Of a stretch of 64,000 nucleotides of DNA, positions 20,153 to 30,713 are shown piece by piece. This stretch comes from Myxococcales bacterium. GTDB taxonomy: Bacteria; Myxococcota_A; Bradymonadia; UBA7976; UBA1532. The notes under the pieces are model-generated. The model was given only the letters and a program-made list of their open reading frames with translations. It was not told where the DNA came from and did no database searches. The position numbers were made by a program, and so were the translations under genes. How positions within the stretch are numbered: position 1 is the first letter of the stretch; the number at the start of each line of letters is the position of its first letter. The stretch lies in assembly GCA_020633435.1 (NCBI GenBank), contig JACKDP010000002.1, forward strand, positions 695,788 to 759,787, in the 5' to 3' direction.

Positions 20153-21337
20153 ATGGCGACGCTCAAGGATCACTGGACCCTCGACCCCAAGACCCGGTTT
20201 CTCAACCACGGCTCCTTCGGCGCCTGCCCCCGGGTCGTGCTCGACGCCCAGCGGCGCTGGCAGGATCAGATGGAGCGGCAGCCCGTCCGCTTCTTCATGA
20301 CGGAGCTGCCGCCGCTGCTGGACGCCGCGCGGGCCCGGGTGGCGGCCCTCGTCGACGCGCCCGCCGAGGATCTGGCGTTCGTGACCAACGCCACCACCGG
20401 CGTGAACACCGTCCTGCGCGCGCTGCGGCTGGGCCCCGGCGACGCCCTGCTGGCCACCGACCACACCTACCAGGCCTGCCGGCGCAGCCTGGAGTTCATC
20501 GCCGCCCAGACGGGCGCGGCGCTGCAGATCGTGGCGATCCCGTTCCCGGGCACGACGGCCGACGGCATCGTCGAGGCCGTGCTCGGCGCGGTGACGCCCC
20601 AGACCCGGGTGGCGCTGCTCGATCACGTCACCAGCCAGACCGGCCTGGTCTTCCCGATCGAGCGGCTGGTGAAGGCCCTCGACGATCGCGGCGTCGACGC
20701 GCTGGTCGATGGGGCCCACGCCCCCGGCATGGTCCCGGTTTCATTGAGGAAAATGCAGCCCGCCTGGTACACCGCCAACCTGCACAAGTGGTGCTGCGCC
20801 CCCAAGGGCGCGGCGCTGCTCTACGTGCGCCCGGACCGGCGCCGCGACCTGCACCCCCTCAACATCAGCCATGGCTACGTGCCCGGCGGCGATCTGCGGG
20901 CCGAGTTCGACTGGACGGGCACCTGGGATCCGACCGCCTGGCTGACGGTGCCCGCCGCCCTCGACTTCCTCGACGGCGTGGGCGGGCTGCCGGCCATCCA
21001 GGCGCGCAACCGGGCGCTGGCCCTGACCGGGCGTGACCACCTGCTGCGCGTCCTGGGCATCCCGGCCCCCGCCGCCGACGACCTCATCGGCTCCATGGCG
21101 GCCGTGCCCCTGCCCCCCGCCGCCGGGGCCCCCCTGACCGGCCTCGGCACCCCGGACGCCTGGCAGCGCGCGCTGCTGGCCGATCACGGCATCGAGGTGC
21201 CCATCATCGCGTGGCCCGCCCCGCCGCGCCGCGTGCTGCGCATCTCCGCCCAGCTCTACAACCATGAAGGCGAGTACCTGGTCCTGGCTTCGGCCCTGGG
21301 CGAGCTGCTGGCCCAGGCCCCGAGAGAGGCTCGATGA
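20153..21337 (+). CDS. PLP-dependent aminotransferase class V (isopenicillin-N-epimerase/cysteine-desulfurase-like)
   Basis: Class V fold features: NHGSFGACP, TNATTGVNTV, DGAHAPGM, and NLHKWCCAPKGAALLYV (PLP-lysine region). Confidence 0.85.
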   Translation: MATLKDHWTLDPKTRFLNHGSFGACPRVVLDAQRRWQDQMERQPVRFFMTELPPLLDAARARVAALVDAPAEDLAFVTNATTGVNTVLRALRLGPGDALLATDHTYQACRRSLEFIAAQTGAALQIVAIPFPGTTADGIVEAVLGAVTPQTRVALLDHVTSQTGLVFPIERLVKALDDRGVDALVDGAHAPGMVPVSLRKMQPAWYTANLHKWCCAPKGAALLYVRPDRRRDLHPLNISHGYVPGGDLRAEFDWTGTWDPTAWLTVPAALDFLDGVGGLPAIQARNRALALTGRDHLLRVLGIPAPAADDLIGSMAAVPLPPAAGAPLTGLGTPDAWQRALLADHGIEVPIIAWPAPPRRVLRISAQLYNHEGEYLVLASALGELLAQAPREAR

Positions 21338-23152
21338 TCCGCCTACGCCCCGCCCTGCTCCTCGCCGCGGGCGCCTTCGCCGCCTGCGAGGCCCCGCTGC
21401 CCCCGTCCCGCCCGGCCGCCACGGGCGTCTGGCGGGCCGGCCTGACCATCGAGGAGACGGCCATGGAGACGTGCGACACGCCGCCCGAGCTGGTGGACGG
21501 CCTGTCGCGGCAGCTCGTGGACGCCATCAACTGCCTGCGGCCGGGCACCCTGGCCGACATCCCGCTCGGGGCCGACATCGGGCTGCTGCGCGCCGGCCGC
21601 CCCGCCATCATCGACGCCCGCGCGGTGGACGACCTGGCCCGCGCCGCCGCGGCGGGCGACCGCCAGATGATCGTCCGCTGGGCCTACCGGGATGTGGCCC
21701 TGCAGCACCTGTTCTGGCTGCAGGACGACTTCCGCTCCTGCGCGGTGGCGGCGCCCGCCGGGCTGTCGAACCACCAGAACGGCCTGGCCGTCGATCTCAA
21801 CGACTACCAGGCCTGGGAGCCGACCATGGAGCGGTTCGGCTTCGAGAACCGATTGCCCAATGATCGCGTGCACTTCGACTACCAGCGCGCCGACGACGTG
21901 GGCCTGGGGGCGCTGTCGCTGCTGGCCTTCCAGGCCCTCTGGAACAAGAACAACCCCGGCGAGGTGGTGCCCCTGAGCGCCGAGCTGGACGGCGACACCT
22001 ACGACGCCCTGAGCCGCGCCCCCATCGAGGGCTTCGCCCGGGAGCTCTGCGACGGCGGCCCCCCGCCGGTCGGCCCGGGCCCCGTGCGCGGACCCACGGT
22101 GGCCCAGTCGGCCTGGCGGGGCTGCGACGCGCCGGCCCCGCTGCTGGAGGGCCTGTCCATCCAGGTCATCGAGGCCATGAACTGCCTGCAGCCCGACGCC
22201 CTCCAGCGCGTGGCCGTCTGCGACCAGCCCGGCTGCATCATCGCCGATGAGCCGCTGCTGCCCTGGCTGGGCACGCCGGCCCGCATGGCGCTCCTGTCGG
22301 CCAGCGCCGTGGGCGACCGCCCCATCCCGCTGGTGGCGGCGTTCCGGGACGTCACGCTGCAGCACTTCTACGCCTCGGCGGACGCCAACATCGGGTGCCC
22401 GACGGCCGACGGCGCCGCCCGCAGCCCGCTCAACACCGGCCTGGCCGTGCGCATCCGCAACGCGCCGGGGCTCGGGGCCATCCTGGCCGACTTCGACTTC
22501 AGCAACGACGGGACGGGGGCGCCCACCGTGTACCGCTACACGGGGGACGACGCGGACGACCTCACGAGCCTGGGCGTGCTGGCGTTCCAGCGGCTCTGGA
22601 ACGTGAACCGACCCGACGATCCCATCGACGAGGATGGCCGCATCGGGCCGCAGACCCGGGGCGCCATCGATCGAGCGCCCATCGCGGGCTTCGCCGAGGG
22701 CCTCTGCGCGGTCGAGCCCCCCGATGGCGGCGTCGGCGGCTCCGGTGGCAGCGGCGGCGTGGCGGGCGCGGGTGGCGCGGGCGGCCAGGGCGGCGCGGGC
22801 GGCCAGGGCGGCGCGGGCGGCCAGGGTGGCGCCGGCGGCCAGGGCGGCCAGGGCGGCGCGGGTGGCCTCGGCGGCGCCGGGGGTCGGCGGCGAGGGCGGC
22901 TTTGGCGGCGGTGGCGTGGGCGGATCGGGCGGCCAGGGCGGCGTGATCAGCGGCGGCTCGGGCGGCGCCGGCGGCGGCGGTGGCGCGGACGGTGGCCTGC
23001 CTTCCCCCGTGCCCCCCGCCCGCGGCTGGACGGCCGTCGCGGTGGAGGACGGCGGCAGCGGCTGCCAGGGCGCCCCCGGTGGCGCCGGTGGGTGGTGGCT
23101 GCTGGGCTTGCTGGCGGCGCCCGCCGTCCGGCGGCGGCGGCGCCGGACCTGA
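21334..23152 (+). CDS. secreted tandem LAS/peptidase-M15-like (VanY/DD-carboxypeptidase fold) protein with two PG_binding_1 modules, Gly-rich linker and MYXO-CTERM. It carries an apparent +1 frameshift near 22875
   Basis: Two copies of a domain (QLVDAINCLRPG...RDVALQHLFW...LSNHQNGLAVDL and a second degenerate copy ...SPLNTGLAVRI). Two PG-binding-like segments (FQALWNKN...DGDTYDALSRAPI and FQRLWNVN...DGRIGPQTRGAIDRAPI). The C-terminal segment GCQGAPGGAGGWWLLGLLAAPAVRRRRRR is in the +1 frame (ORF 22634-23152). Confidence 0.65.
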
Positions 23153-23154
23153 CG

Positions 23155-24245
23155 TCAGGGGGCCAGGACCTCCAGGGTGTCGACGGCGCCGAACGCCTGC
23201 CGCGACGCCCCGCCTGGCACGTAGATGCGGCCGTCCAGGGTCGCCGCCGCCATGCCGTGGCGGGGGTGCGGCATGGCCGGCAGGCGGACCCAGCGATCCG
23301 TCGCCCCGTGCCAGGCCTCCACGGCGTCGAAGACCCCGCTGGCCGCGCCGCGGTTGCCCTCCCCGCCGATGACGTACAGCCAGCCATCCAGCACGGCCGC
23401 GGCCGTCCCGCCTCGCGACGTCGGCATGGGCGCCCCGGACGCCCAGGTGCCCCGCGCGGGATCGAAGACGTCCACCCGGTCGACGTGGCTCTCGATGTCA
23501 GCGGACCGGCCGCCGGCGATGACCAGGCGCCCGTCGACGGCCCCCGCGGCCATGTGGTCGCGGGGCGTGGGCAGGTCGGGCAAGGCCTCCCAGGTGTCGG
23601 CCGCGGGATCGTAGCGGTCGACGAGCGCCACCGCCCGGCCCCCGCCCAGGCCGCCAGCGAGGTAGATGAGCCCGTCGATGACGGCCACCCCGGACGCCCC
23701 CCGCGTCCGGGCCGGGGGCAGCGGGGCGCGCTCCTCCCAGGTCCCGACGGCTGGATCCAGGCGGAAGGCGCGCCCCTCGGCGGCGAACCCCTGGACGAGG
23801 TAGCCCAGCACGTAGAGGCGCCCATCCACCACGGCGGCGTTGGCGTGGTGCAGCCGCACGGGCAGCGGCGGCCCCGCACGCCAGGCGCCGATCGACGGCT
23901 CGAAGATGCGGACATCATTGACGATTCTGGCCTGACCGTCGAAGCCGCCGAGGACCCAGATGGCGTCGCCGGTGGCCACCACGGCGATCTCCTGGATGGC
24001 GCCTCCCCGACGGCCGGGCCGGGCGCCCACCGCTGGGCAGGCGGCGCGTCCGCCAGGCCCGCGTCCGCCAGGCCCGCGTCGGCCGGGCCCGCGTCAGCCG
24101 GGCCCGCGCCGCCCGCGTCGGCGAGCCCCGCGTCGGCCGCGGCGTCGACGGTGGCGTCCACCGGCGGGCAGGCGTCGACGCTGGCGCCCGGGCCGCCGTC
24201 GTCGCAGCCCGCGAGGGCGAGGGCGAGGGCGAGGGCGCGCCTCAT
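23155..24245 (-). CDS. Kelch-repeat beta-propeller lipoprotein (frame break between signal peptide and propeller)
   Basis: Six Kelch-like blades (GG..GG....V..YDP....W). Lipoprotein signal [14 protein letters not shown] at 24245, followed by a DAG-repeat linker in a different frame from the propeller (GTG 24030). Confidence 0.6.
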
Positions 24246-27200
24246 CGGCGGCATACGAACAGGGAGCAGTTGCCCGACTGGCACTCGATGTTCGTCAGGC
24301 AGGCGTGCCCGTTGGCCCACTTCGGCTGGCACGAGTAGCCCGCGTCGCACCAGGCGTTGGCGCCGCAGTCGGCGTGCACGGCGCAGGCCCGGCAGAAGCC
24401 GGCGACGCAGTGCCCCGAGCCGCACTCGATGTTGCCCAGGCAGACGTGGCCGTTGCCCCACTTCGACTGGCAGAAGCCCGCCGCGTCGCACCACTCGTTG
24501 CCGCCGCAGTCGCCATGGGCCCCGCACTCCCGGCAGAAGCCGGCGACGCAGTGCCCGAGCCGCCACTCGATGTTCGTGAGGCAGGCGTGCCCGTTGGCCC
24601 ACTTCGGCTGGCACGAGAAGCCCGCGTCGCACCAGGCGTTGGCGCCGCAGTCGGCGTGCACGGCGCAGGCCCGGCAGAAGCCGGCGACGCAGTGCCCCGA
24701 GCCGCACTCGATGTTGCCCAGGCAGACGTGGCCGTTGCCCCACTTCGACTGGCAGAAGCCCGCCGCGTCGCACCACTCGTTGCCGCCGCAGTCGCCATGG
24801 GCCCCGCACTCCCGGCAGAAGCCGGCGACGCAGTGCCCCGAGCCGCACTCCACGTCGCTCAGGCAGACGTGCCCGTTGCCCCACTCGGGCTGGCAGAAGC
24901 CCGCCGCGTCGCACCACTCGTTGTTGCCGCAGTCGCCATGGGCCCCGCACTCGCGGCAGAAGCCCAGCACGCAGTGCCCCGAGCCGCACTCCACGTCGCC
25001 CAGGCACGCGTGCCCGTTGCCCCACTCGTTCTGGCAGAAGCCCGCCGCGTCGCACCAGCGGTCGGCCCCGCAGTCCGCGTGGCGGCCGCACTCGCGGCAG
25101 AAGCCCAGCACGCAGTGCCCCGAGCCGCACTCCACGTCGCCCAGGCACGCGTGCCCGTTGTCCCACTCGTCCTGGCAGAAGCCCGCCGCGTCACACCACC
25201 GGCCGTCCCCGCAGTCGGCGTGGGCGTCGCACTCCCGGCAGAAGCCGATGACGCAGGCCCCCGAGCCGCACTCCCGATCGCTCAGGCAGGCGTGGCCGTT
25301 GTCCCAGAGCGGCTGGCAGTAGCCCGCCGCGTCGCACCACTGGCCGCAGGGGCACTCGTCGTCGCGATCGCAGTGGGCGCACAGGCCCAGCCGGCAGGAG
25401 CCCGACTTGCACTCCACGTCGCTCAGGCAGGCGTGGCCCGCGTTCCACTTGCTCACGCAGACGCGCGTCAGGTCGCACCAGGCCCCCGACCCGCAGTCAG
25501 CATGCCCGTCGCAGTCGCTGCACACGCCGGCGCGGCACGTCCCGCTCTGGCACTCGACGTCCGACAGGCACAGGTGCCCGGCCGACCACTTGCCGACGCA
25601 GACGTTGGTGGCGTCGCACCAGGCGTCCGCCGCGCAGTCGCCGTGGCGCTGGCAGTCCGTGCAGATGCCCAGGGTGCACTGGCCGCTCTGGCACTCCACG
25701 TTGCCGAGGCAGACGTGGCCGCCCTCCCACTTGCCCACGCAGACGCCCGTCACGTCGCACCAGGCGCCGGCGCCGCAGTCGGCGTGCTGCTGGCAGTCGC
25801 TGCAGACGCCCACCCGGCACGTGCCGCTGGCGCACTCGTCATCCCCTACGCACAGGTGCCCGGCCTGGAAGCGCGGCTGGCAGACGCCGTCGATGCAGCG
25901 CTCCTCGGCCGGGCAGTCCCCGCCGTTGTCGCAGCGACCGGGCACGCCGAGCCCCAGGCTCTCGCGGTCCCGCGCCTCGCAGGAGCCGTCGGTCAGCGCC
26001 GGCGGCACCCCCTCCAGGCCACGCTCGCCCCGGGCGCGCTCCCACGTCCGCACGTAGGCCTCCGCCGACCGGAGCATGGGCTCGATGTCGTCGTCGCCGA
26101 GGCCGATGTTGCGCAGATCCTGAATGAAATCAGGCAACAAGCCGATGTGGGCCACGCCGTCGGTGTTGATGTCGAAGGTGCGGTTGCCGGTGACCTGCTG
26201 GGGCAGCGCCTCGAAGCCGGGGAGCTGCACCGGGTAGCGCACACGGGTCGCCTCGGCCTGGGCCACCCGCTCGGCGGGGAAGCCGGCGCCCAGGCGGCAG
26301 GCGTCCGGGCCGAAGCGGGGGGAGGTGTGCCGGGCCAGGCCGTTGAAGTCGGTGCCGATGCCCAGGCCCACGCCACCGAGCTGGTGGGCAGCGAAGAGGA
26401 GCTCCTGGGCGAAGGTCTTCGAGCTGTTGGTGCAGTCCGCCGGCACCGCCCCGACGCTGTGGATGCAGGTCTCGGCGTCGGGATCGGCGTCGCAGCCGTG
26501 GTTGCTGCCGCCGATGAGGGCCAGCATGCCGCCCGTATCGGCCACGGCGCGCAGGTCGGCGCACGTCATCATCCGCTCGGCGCGCTCGTGGCCGGCGTAC
26601 ACCGGCAGGGTGCGGGCGTGGGAGTACATCACCGGGAAGCCCAGGTCCCGGGCCATGGCGATGGTCTCGTCCCGGGACCGCCGGCCCATGTGATCGATGT
26701 CGATGATCATGCCGCGACCCGCGAGGCCCTCGATGAGGTGGCGGCCCAGCGGGGTCAGGCCCCGCGTGTTGCACTGGCCCTCCTGCCCGTCGAAGACGGC
26801 CGTGGCCAGGCCCATGGTCTCGGCGATGACCGCCACGGCGGGGTTGCGGCCGAAGGCGAACCGGAAGCCGTCTGCCGTGCAGTCGCGGCTCTGAAAGGCG
26901 CGGTCGTTGTAGACCTGGTTCGCGAGCACGTAGACGTCGTCGAAGAGGGCGGTGCCGCCGAACGCGTTGTCGACCCCGTGGATGGGGATCACATGCCGCA
27001 CGCCGAGGGCGTGCAGCTCGTCGAGCTTGCGATCCACATAGGCCGGCGTGCAGGCCTCGTTGCCCTGGTCGCACCCGAAGAGCGCCCCCACCTCGACGCC
27101 GAGGACCACGGCCAGGCGCCCCTGGCCGATCACCGCCCGGGCCTCGGCCGGCGTCTCGACGATGCGGTACCAGCCCGTGTCGTTCTCCAGCCCGTCGTCT

Positions 27201-28497
27201 TGCCGATCCACCCAGGCCTGGAAGCTGAACGCTTCGCTGACCTGCCGGTGGATGGAGGCGTCCTCGTCGCAGTCGTACCGTCCGCCCGGCGCCACGCCGC
27301 ACAGCAGCCGGTTCTCGACCGCCAGGACGGAGATGAGGCGCAGGCCGCCGCGCCACGCCCGCTCGAGCCAGTCGACATAGGCCTGCTGGTGGGTGCGGGA
27401 GTACCAGTGCGGCCAGCCGCGGAAGTCGGGCCAGCCGCCGGGATCGTGGCCGAGGGGCTCGCCGACGGCCGCCACGATGGGGTTCGTCCCGCACACGCCG
27501 TGGCCCTCCAGGCCGTTCTGGGTGCAGGTCGCACCGCTGCACAGCCCCGAGCGGGCGCCGCAGCAGTGCAGGGCCTGGGCGGGATCCTCGCAGCCGAGGG
27601 GCGAGGCGGCGTCGTAGGCCTCCCCCTGGATGAAGCCCCCGCCGAACGCCAGGCTCGACATCTGGTGCAGGTGGGCGTCCGCGAAGCCCCAGAGGGCCGC
27701 GCCCGACCCGGGTCGGCAGGCCAGCGTGCAGAAGTCGCAGGCGGTCTCGCCAAAGGCGGGCTCGCACGACCCCGCGTTGGCGTCGCCGTCGTCGCAGAGC
27801 TCCACGCCCGCCTGGACGACGCCGTCGCCGCAGCGGGCCGGCTGGCAGGTGTTGCGGCAGGCGTCCGTGTCGACGCGGTTGCCGTCGTCGCAGCCCTCCA
27901 CGCCGGCCTGCACGACGCCGTCGCCGCAGCGGGCCGGCTGGCAGGTGTTGCGGCAGGCGTCCGTGTCGACGCGGTTGCCATCGTCGCAGCCCTCGACCCC
28001 CGCCTGCACCACGCCGTCGCCGCAGCGGGCCGGCTGGCAGATGTTGCGGCAGGCGTCGGTGTCGACGCGGTTGCCGTCGTCGCAGCCCTCGCCCGGATCG
28101 ACGACGCCGTCGCCGCAGGTGGCCGGCACCATGGCGTCGGGAGGCAGCACGCTGGCGTCCCCGGCCGGCGGGCCCGCGTCCGATCCCGGGACCTCGCCGC
28201 CCCCCGCGCCCGCCATGCCGGCGTCTGCGCCCGGGACCTCGCCGCCGCCCGCGCCCACCTCCCCGCCGGCGCCGCCGTCACCGCCGACGCCGCCCGCATC
28301 GCGGCCAGGCGCCCCAGCCGTCCCGCCAGCGCCACCGCCCGCGCCGCCCCGCCCGCGCCGCCGCCATCGCCGGGCCGCGCGTCTGGCGTCACCACCGCGC
28401 CATCGCACGGGCTCGCCCCGCACGTCTCCCCATCCGACGCCGTCCCCGCATCACACCCGAGGACGAGCACCAGCACCCAGCACCGCCAGCCAGCCAT
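24242..28497 (-). CDS. giant modular exoprotein: lipoprotein signal, Gly-rich linker, 3 Myxococcus Cys-rich repeats, an M19 membrane-dipeptidase-like domain, and 13 tandem 45-aa Cys-rich repeats
   Basis: [29 protein letters not shown] repeated 3 times (Myxo disulfide repeat). [30 protein letters not shown] resembles peptidase M19. C-terminal repeats of the form CxxDxECxSGxCxxGxCxxCxxHxDCGxxxWCDxxGxC. Signal peptide [15 protein letters not shown] at 28497 is in a different frame from the main ORF (GTG 28423). Confidence 0.75.
24260..24800. repeat. near-identical tandem duplication (2 x about 270 bp) inside the Cys-rich repeat array, which extends with 135-bp periodicity to about 25990
   Basis: Long stretches beginning ggcaggcgtgcccgttggcccacttcggctggcacgag...gccatgggccccgcactcccggcagaagccggcgacgcagtgcc recur almost perfectly. 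The + strand ORF 24357-25322 shows the same periodic peptide. Confidence 0.7.
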
Positions 28498-28588
28498 CCA
28501 GGACCTCCCCCGCATGCCCGCAGCGTAGCACCGCCCCGTGGCCACGAGATCCCTTGCGCAGCGCCCGCCGACCTGAAAGAACGCGCCC

Positions 28589-30583
28589 ATGGAGATCCGC
28601 GACCTCGCCGAGCGCGTGCTCTTCGGTCGGACGCTGGCCGAAAAGCTCATTCATCCCGAAGAGTTGACGGATGAACGCCCGGGCGTGGCGCTGGCCCGCG
28701 CCCCCGCCGAGCCCGAGCGCCCGGCCGGCCTGGCGCTCGTCCGCCGGGCCCGCGTGCCGTTCCCCGCGCTCGCCCACCTCGACCAGGTGGACGCCCGCGG
28801 CCACGCGCTGCACCACTTCGCCAGCCACGAGCTGCTGGCCATGGAGCTCATGGCCCTGGCCCTCCTGCGCTTCCCGGACGCGCCGCCGGCCTTTCGCCGT
28901 GGGCTCGTCGCCGCGCTGCACGAGGAGCAGGCCCACTTCGCCCTCTACCAGGCCCGGATGGGCGCGTGCGGCGTGCCCCTGGGCGCGGTGCCGGCCAGCG
29001 CCCTCTTCTGGGACGCCCTCGCCGGCATGGCCTCGCCCCTCGACTTCGTGGCGGGGATGAGCCTGACGTTCGAGCAGGCCAACCTCGACTACGCCGGCTT
29101 CTACCGGCGGGCCTTCGCCGCCGTCGGCGACGCCGAGACGGCCGCCGTCCTCGACCAGGTCTACGAGGACGAGATCGGCCATGTGAAGCTGGGCCTCGTC
29201 TGGTTTCGGCGCTGGCTGTCCCCCGGGCCCGACGCGGAGTGGGCGGCGTACACCGAGGCCCTCCCGACGACGCTGCAGCCCAGCCGGGCCAAGGGCCTCG
29301 AGTTCGACGCCGAGGCCCGCCGCCGCGCGGGCTTCACCGAGGGCTACATCGACACGCTGCGGGTCTTCAGCCGCTCCCGCGGGCGGGTGCCCGATCTGCA
29401 CGTCTTCGATCCCGCCGCCGAGATCGTCCTCGCGGGGCGCCCCGTGCCCGCCGTGGCGGAGACGCTGCGGGCCGACCTCGAGACGCTGCCCATGTTCCTG
29501 GCCGCCGCGGACGACGCCGTCCTCGTCGGGCGGCCGCCGCGGCCCGCCTTCCTGGCCCCGCTGGCCGAGGCGGGCTTCACGCTGCCCGAGTTCGTCACCC
29601 CCGAGGCGGCCGCTGACCGCACCTTCCGCCAGCGCCGGCCGTGGGCCGACCTGGCGGCGACGCCGGCCCACCTCTTCCGCAAGTCCTGGGCGGCCGGGCT
29701 GCTCGCCGGGCTGGCCGAGGCCGGCGACTTCGCCGACGCCGCCGTCGTCGGGGCCGCGTGCCGCACCCTCGCCGAGGTGGAGGCCCACGCGACCCGCCTG
29801 CGGGCCCTGGGCTTCGCGCCGCTCGTCGCCAAGGCCGACCTCGCCACCGCCGGGCGTGGCCACATCCCCCTCGGCGACGCCCTCCCCGTCGCCCGCCTGC
29901 GCCGGGTGCTCGCCATCGGCCCCGTCGTCGTCGAGCCGTGGCTCGACCGCGTCCTCGACCTGGGCCTGCAGCTCCACGTCAGCGACACGGGCTGGCGGCT
30001 CGACGCCATCACGCGCGGCCTCGTCGACGCCCGCGGCCAGCACCGCGGCGTCGCCCTCACCCGCCTCGCCGCCGGCCTGCCAGAGCACCTGCGGCGGTGG
30101 CTCATGGGCGCGGCCACCCAGGCCGCCCTGCGCCGGGCCGCGGACCACGTGGGGGCCGCCCTCCACGGGGCCGGCCACCGCGGCTTCGCGGGCGTCGACG
30201 CCCTCGTCTACCGGCGCGACGGCGCCTTCCACCTCAAGCCCATCGTCGAGGTGAACCCCCGCACCACGATGGGTCGGGTGGCCCTGGGCCTGCGCCGCCG
30301 GGTGGCCCCGGGCGCCGCCGCCGCCTGGATCCAGGTCCCGACGCCCGTGGACGCGACGCCGCACCTGCAGGTGCGCGGCCAGCCGCCGCTCATCGAGGAC
30401 GCCGTCCTCTTCACCACCGACCCCGAAGGCGCGCGCTTCACGACGCTGCTGGTGGTCGCCCCGACGGTCGAGGCGCTCGCGGCGCGGCTGGCCGCCTGGA
30501 CCACCGCGGTGGATCCCCTGGTTTCTGCTCATGAAAGTGTCGCGCCGGGCGCGGCGACCCTTGGCGGGCCGTCGCAGCCGTGA
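28589..30583 (+). CDS. fusion protein: N-terminal ferritin-like (DUF455-like) domain plus C-terminal ATP-grasp-like domain
   Basis: HHFASHELLAMELMALALLRFPDAP...HEEQAHFALYQ and EDEIGHVKLGLVWF match the DUF455/ferritin-like helical-bundle pattern. C-terminal half carries ATP-grasp-like features: GFAGVDALVYRRDGAFHLKPIVEVNPR. Confidence 0.55.
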   Translation: MEIRDLAERVLFGRTLAEKLIHPEELTDERPGVALARAPAEPERPAGLALVRRARVPFPALAHLDQVDARGHALHHFASHELLAMELMALALLRFPDAPPAFRRGLVAALHEEQAHFALYQARMGACGVPLGAVPASALFWDALAGMASPLDFVAGMSLTFEQANLDYAGFYRRAFAAVGDAETAAVLDQVYEDEIGHVKLGLVWFRRWLSPGPDAEWAAYTEALPTTLQPSRAKGLEFDAEARRRAGFTEGYIDTLRVFSRSRGRVPDLHVFDPAAEIVLAGRPVPAVAETLRADLETLPMFLAAADDAVLVGRPPRPAFLAPLAEAGFTLPEFVTPEAAADRTFRQRRPWADLAATPAHLFRKSWAAGLLAGLAEAGDFADAAVVGAACRTLAEVEAHATRLRALGFAPLVAKADLATAGRGHIPLGDALPVARLRRVLAIGPVVVEPWLDRVLDLGLQLHVSDTGWRLDAITRGLVDARGQHRGVALTRLAAGLPEHLRRWLMGAATQAALRRAADHVGAALHGAGHRGFAGVDALVYRRDGAFHLKPIVEVNPRTTMGRVALGLRRRVAPGAAAAWIQVPTPVDATPHLQVRGQPPLIEDAVLFTTDPEGARFTTLLVVAPTVEALAARLAAWTTAVDPLVSAHESVAPGAATLGGPSQP

Positions 30584-30713
30584 TAGGACTCGCGCGCCCT
30601 TGAAGTCTGTTTCGGTCTGCGCTCCCTTTTTTCACTCTGGGACGCCGCCGCTGCGGACCTGGGAGGAGGCGCGAGCGACGCGCCTGTCGCGCCCTGTTCT
30701 GGAGGAAGTCGCG

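Noticed and set aside
22740-22900. Periodic GGCGCGGGCGGCCAGGGC repeats considered as a possible CRISPR or other non-coding array. They also occur at 44060-44160 and 49680-49800
   Set aside because: 18-nt period with no spacers. They translate in-frame to (GGAGGQ)n linkers inside CDSs, so they are coding low-complexity repeats and not CRISPR.
22947-25166. 739-aa minus-strand ORF running from the giant protein's Cys repeats through the Kelch region
   Set aside because: Out-of-frame read-through (Arg/Leu/Gly nonsense) except for the short lipoprotein-signal segment at 24201-24245, which I assign to the Kelch gene.
26130-28650. ORFs 26130-27767 - and 27130-28650 - inside the giant exoprotein gene
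   Set aside because: Alternative frames of the same DNA. Only the first roughly 50 codons of 27130-28650 (the signal peptide at 28497) are meaningful.
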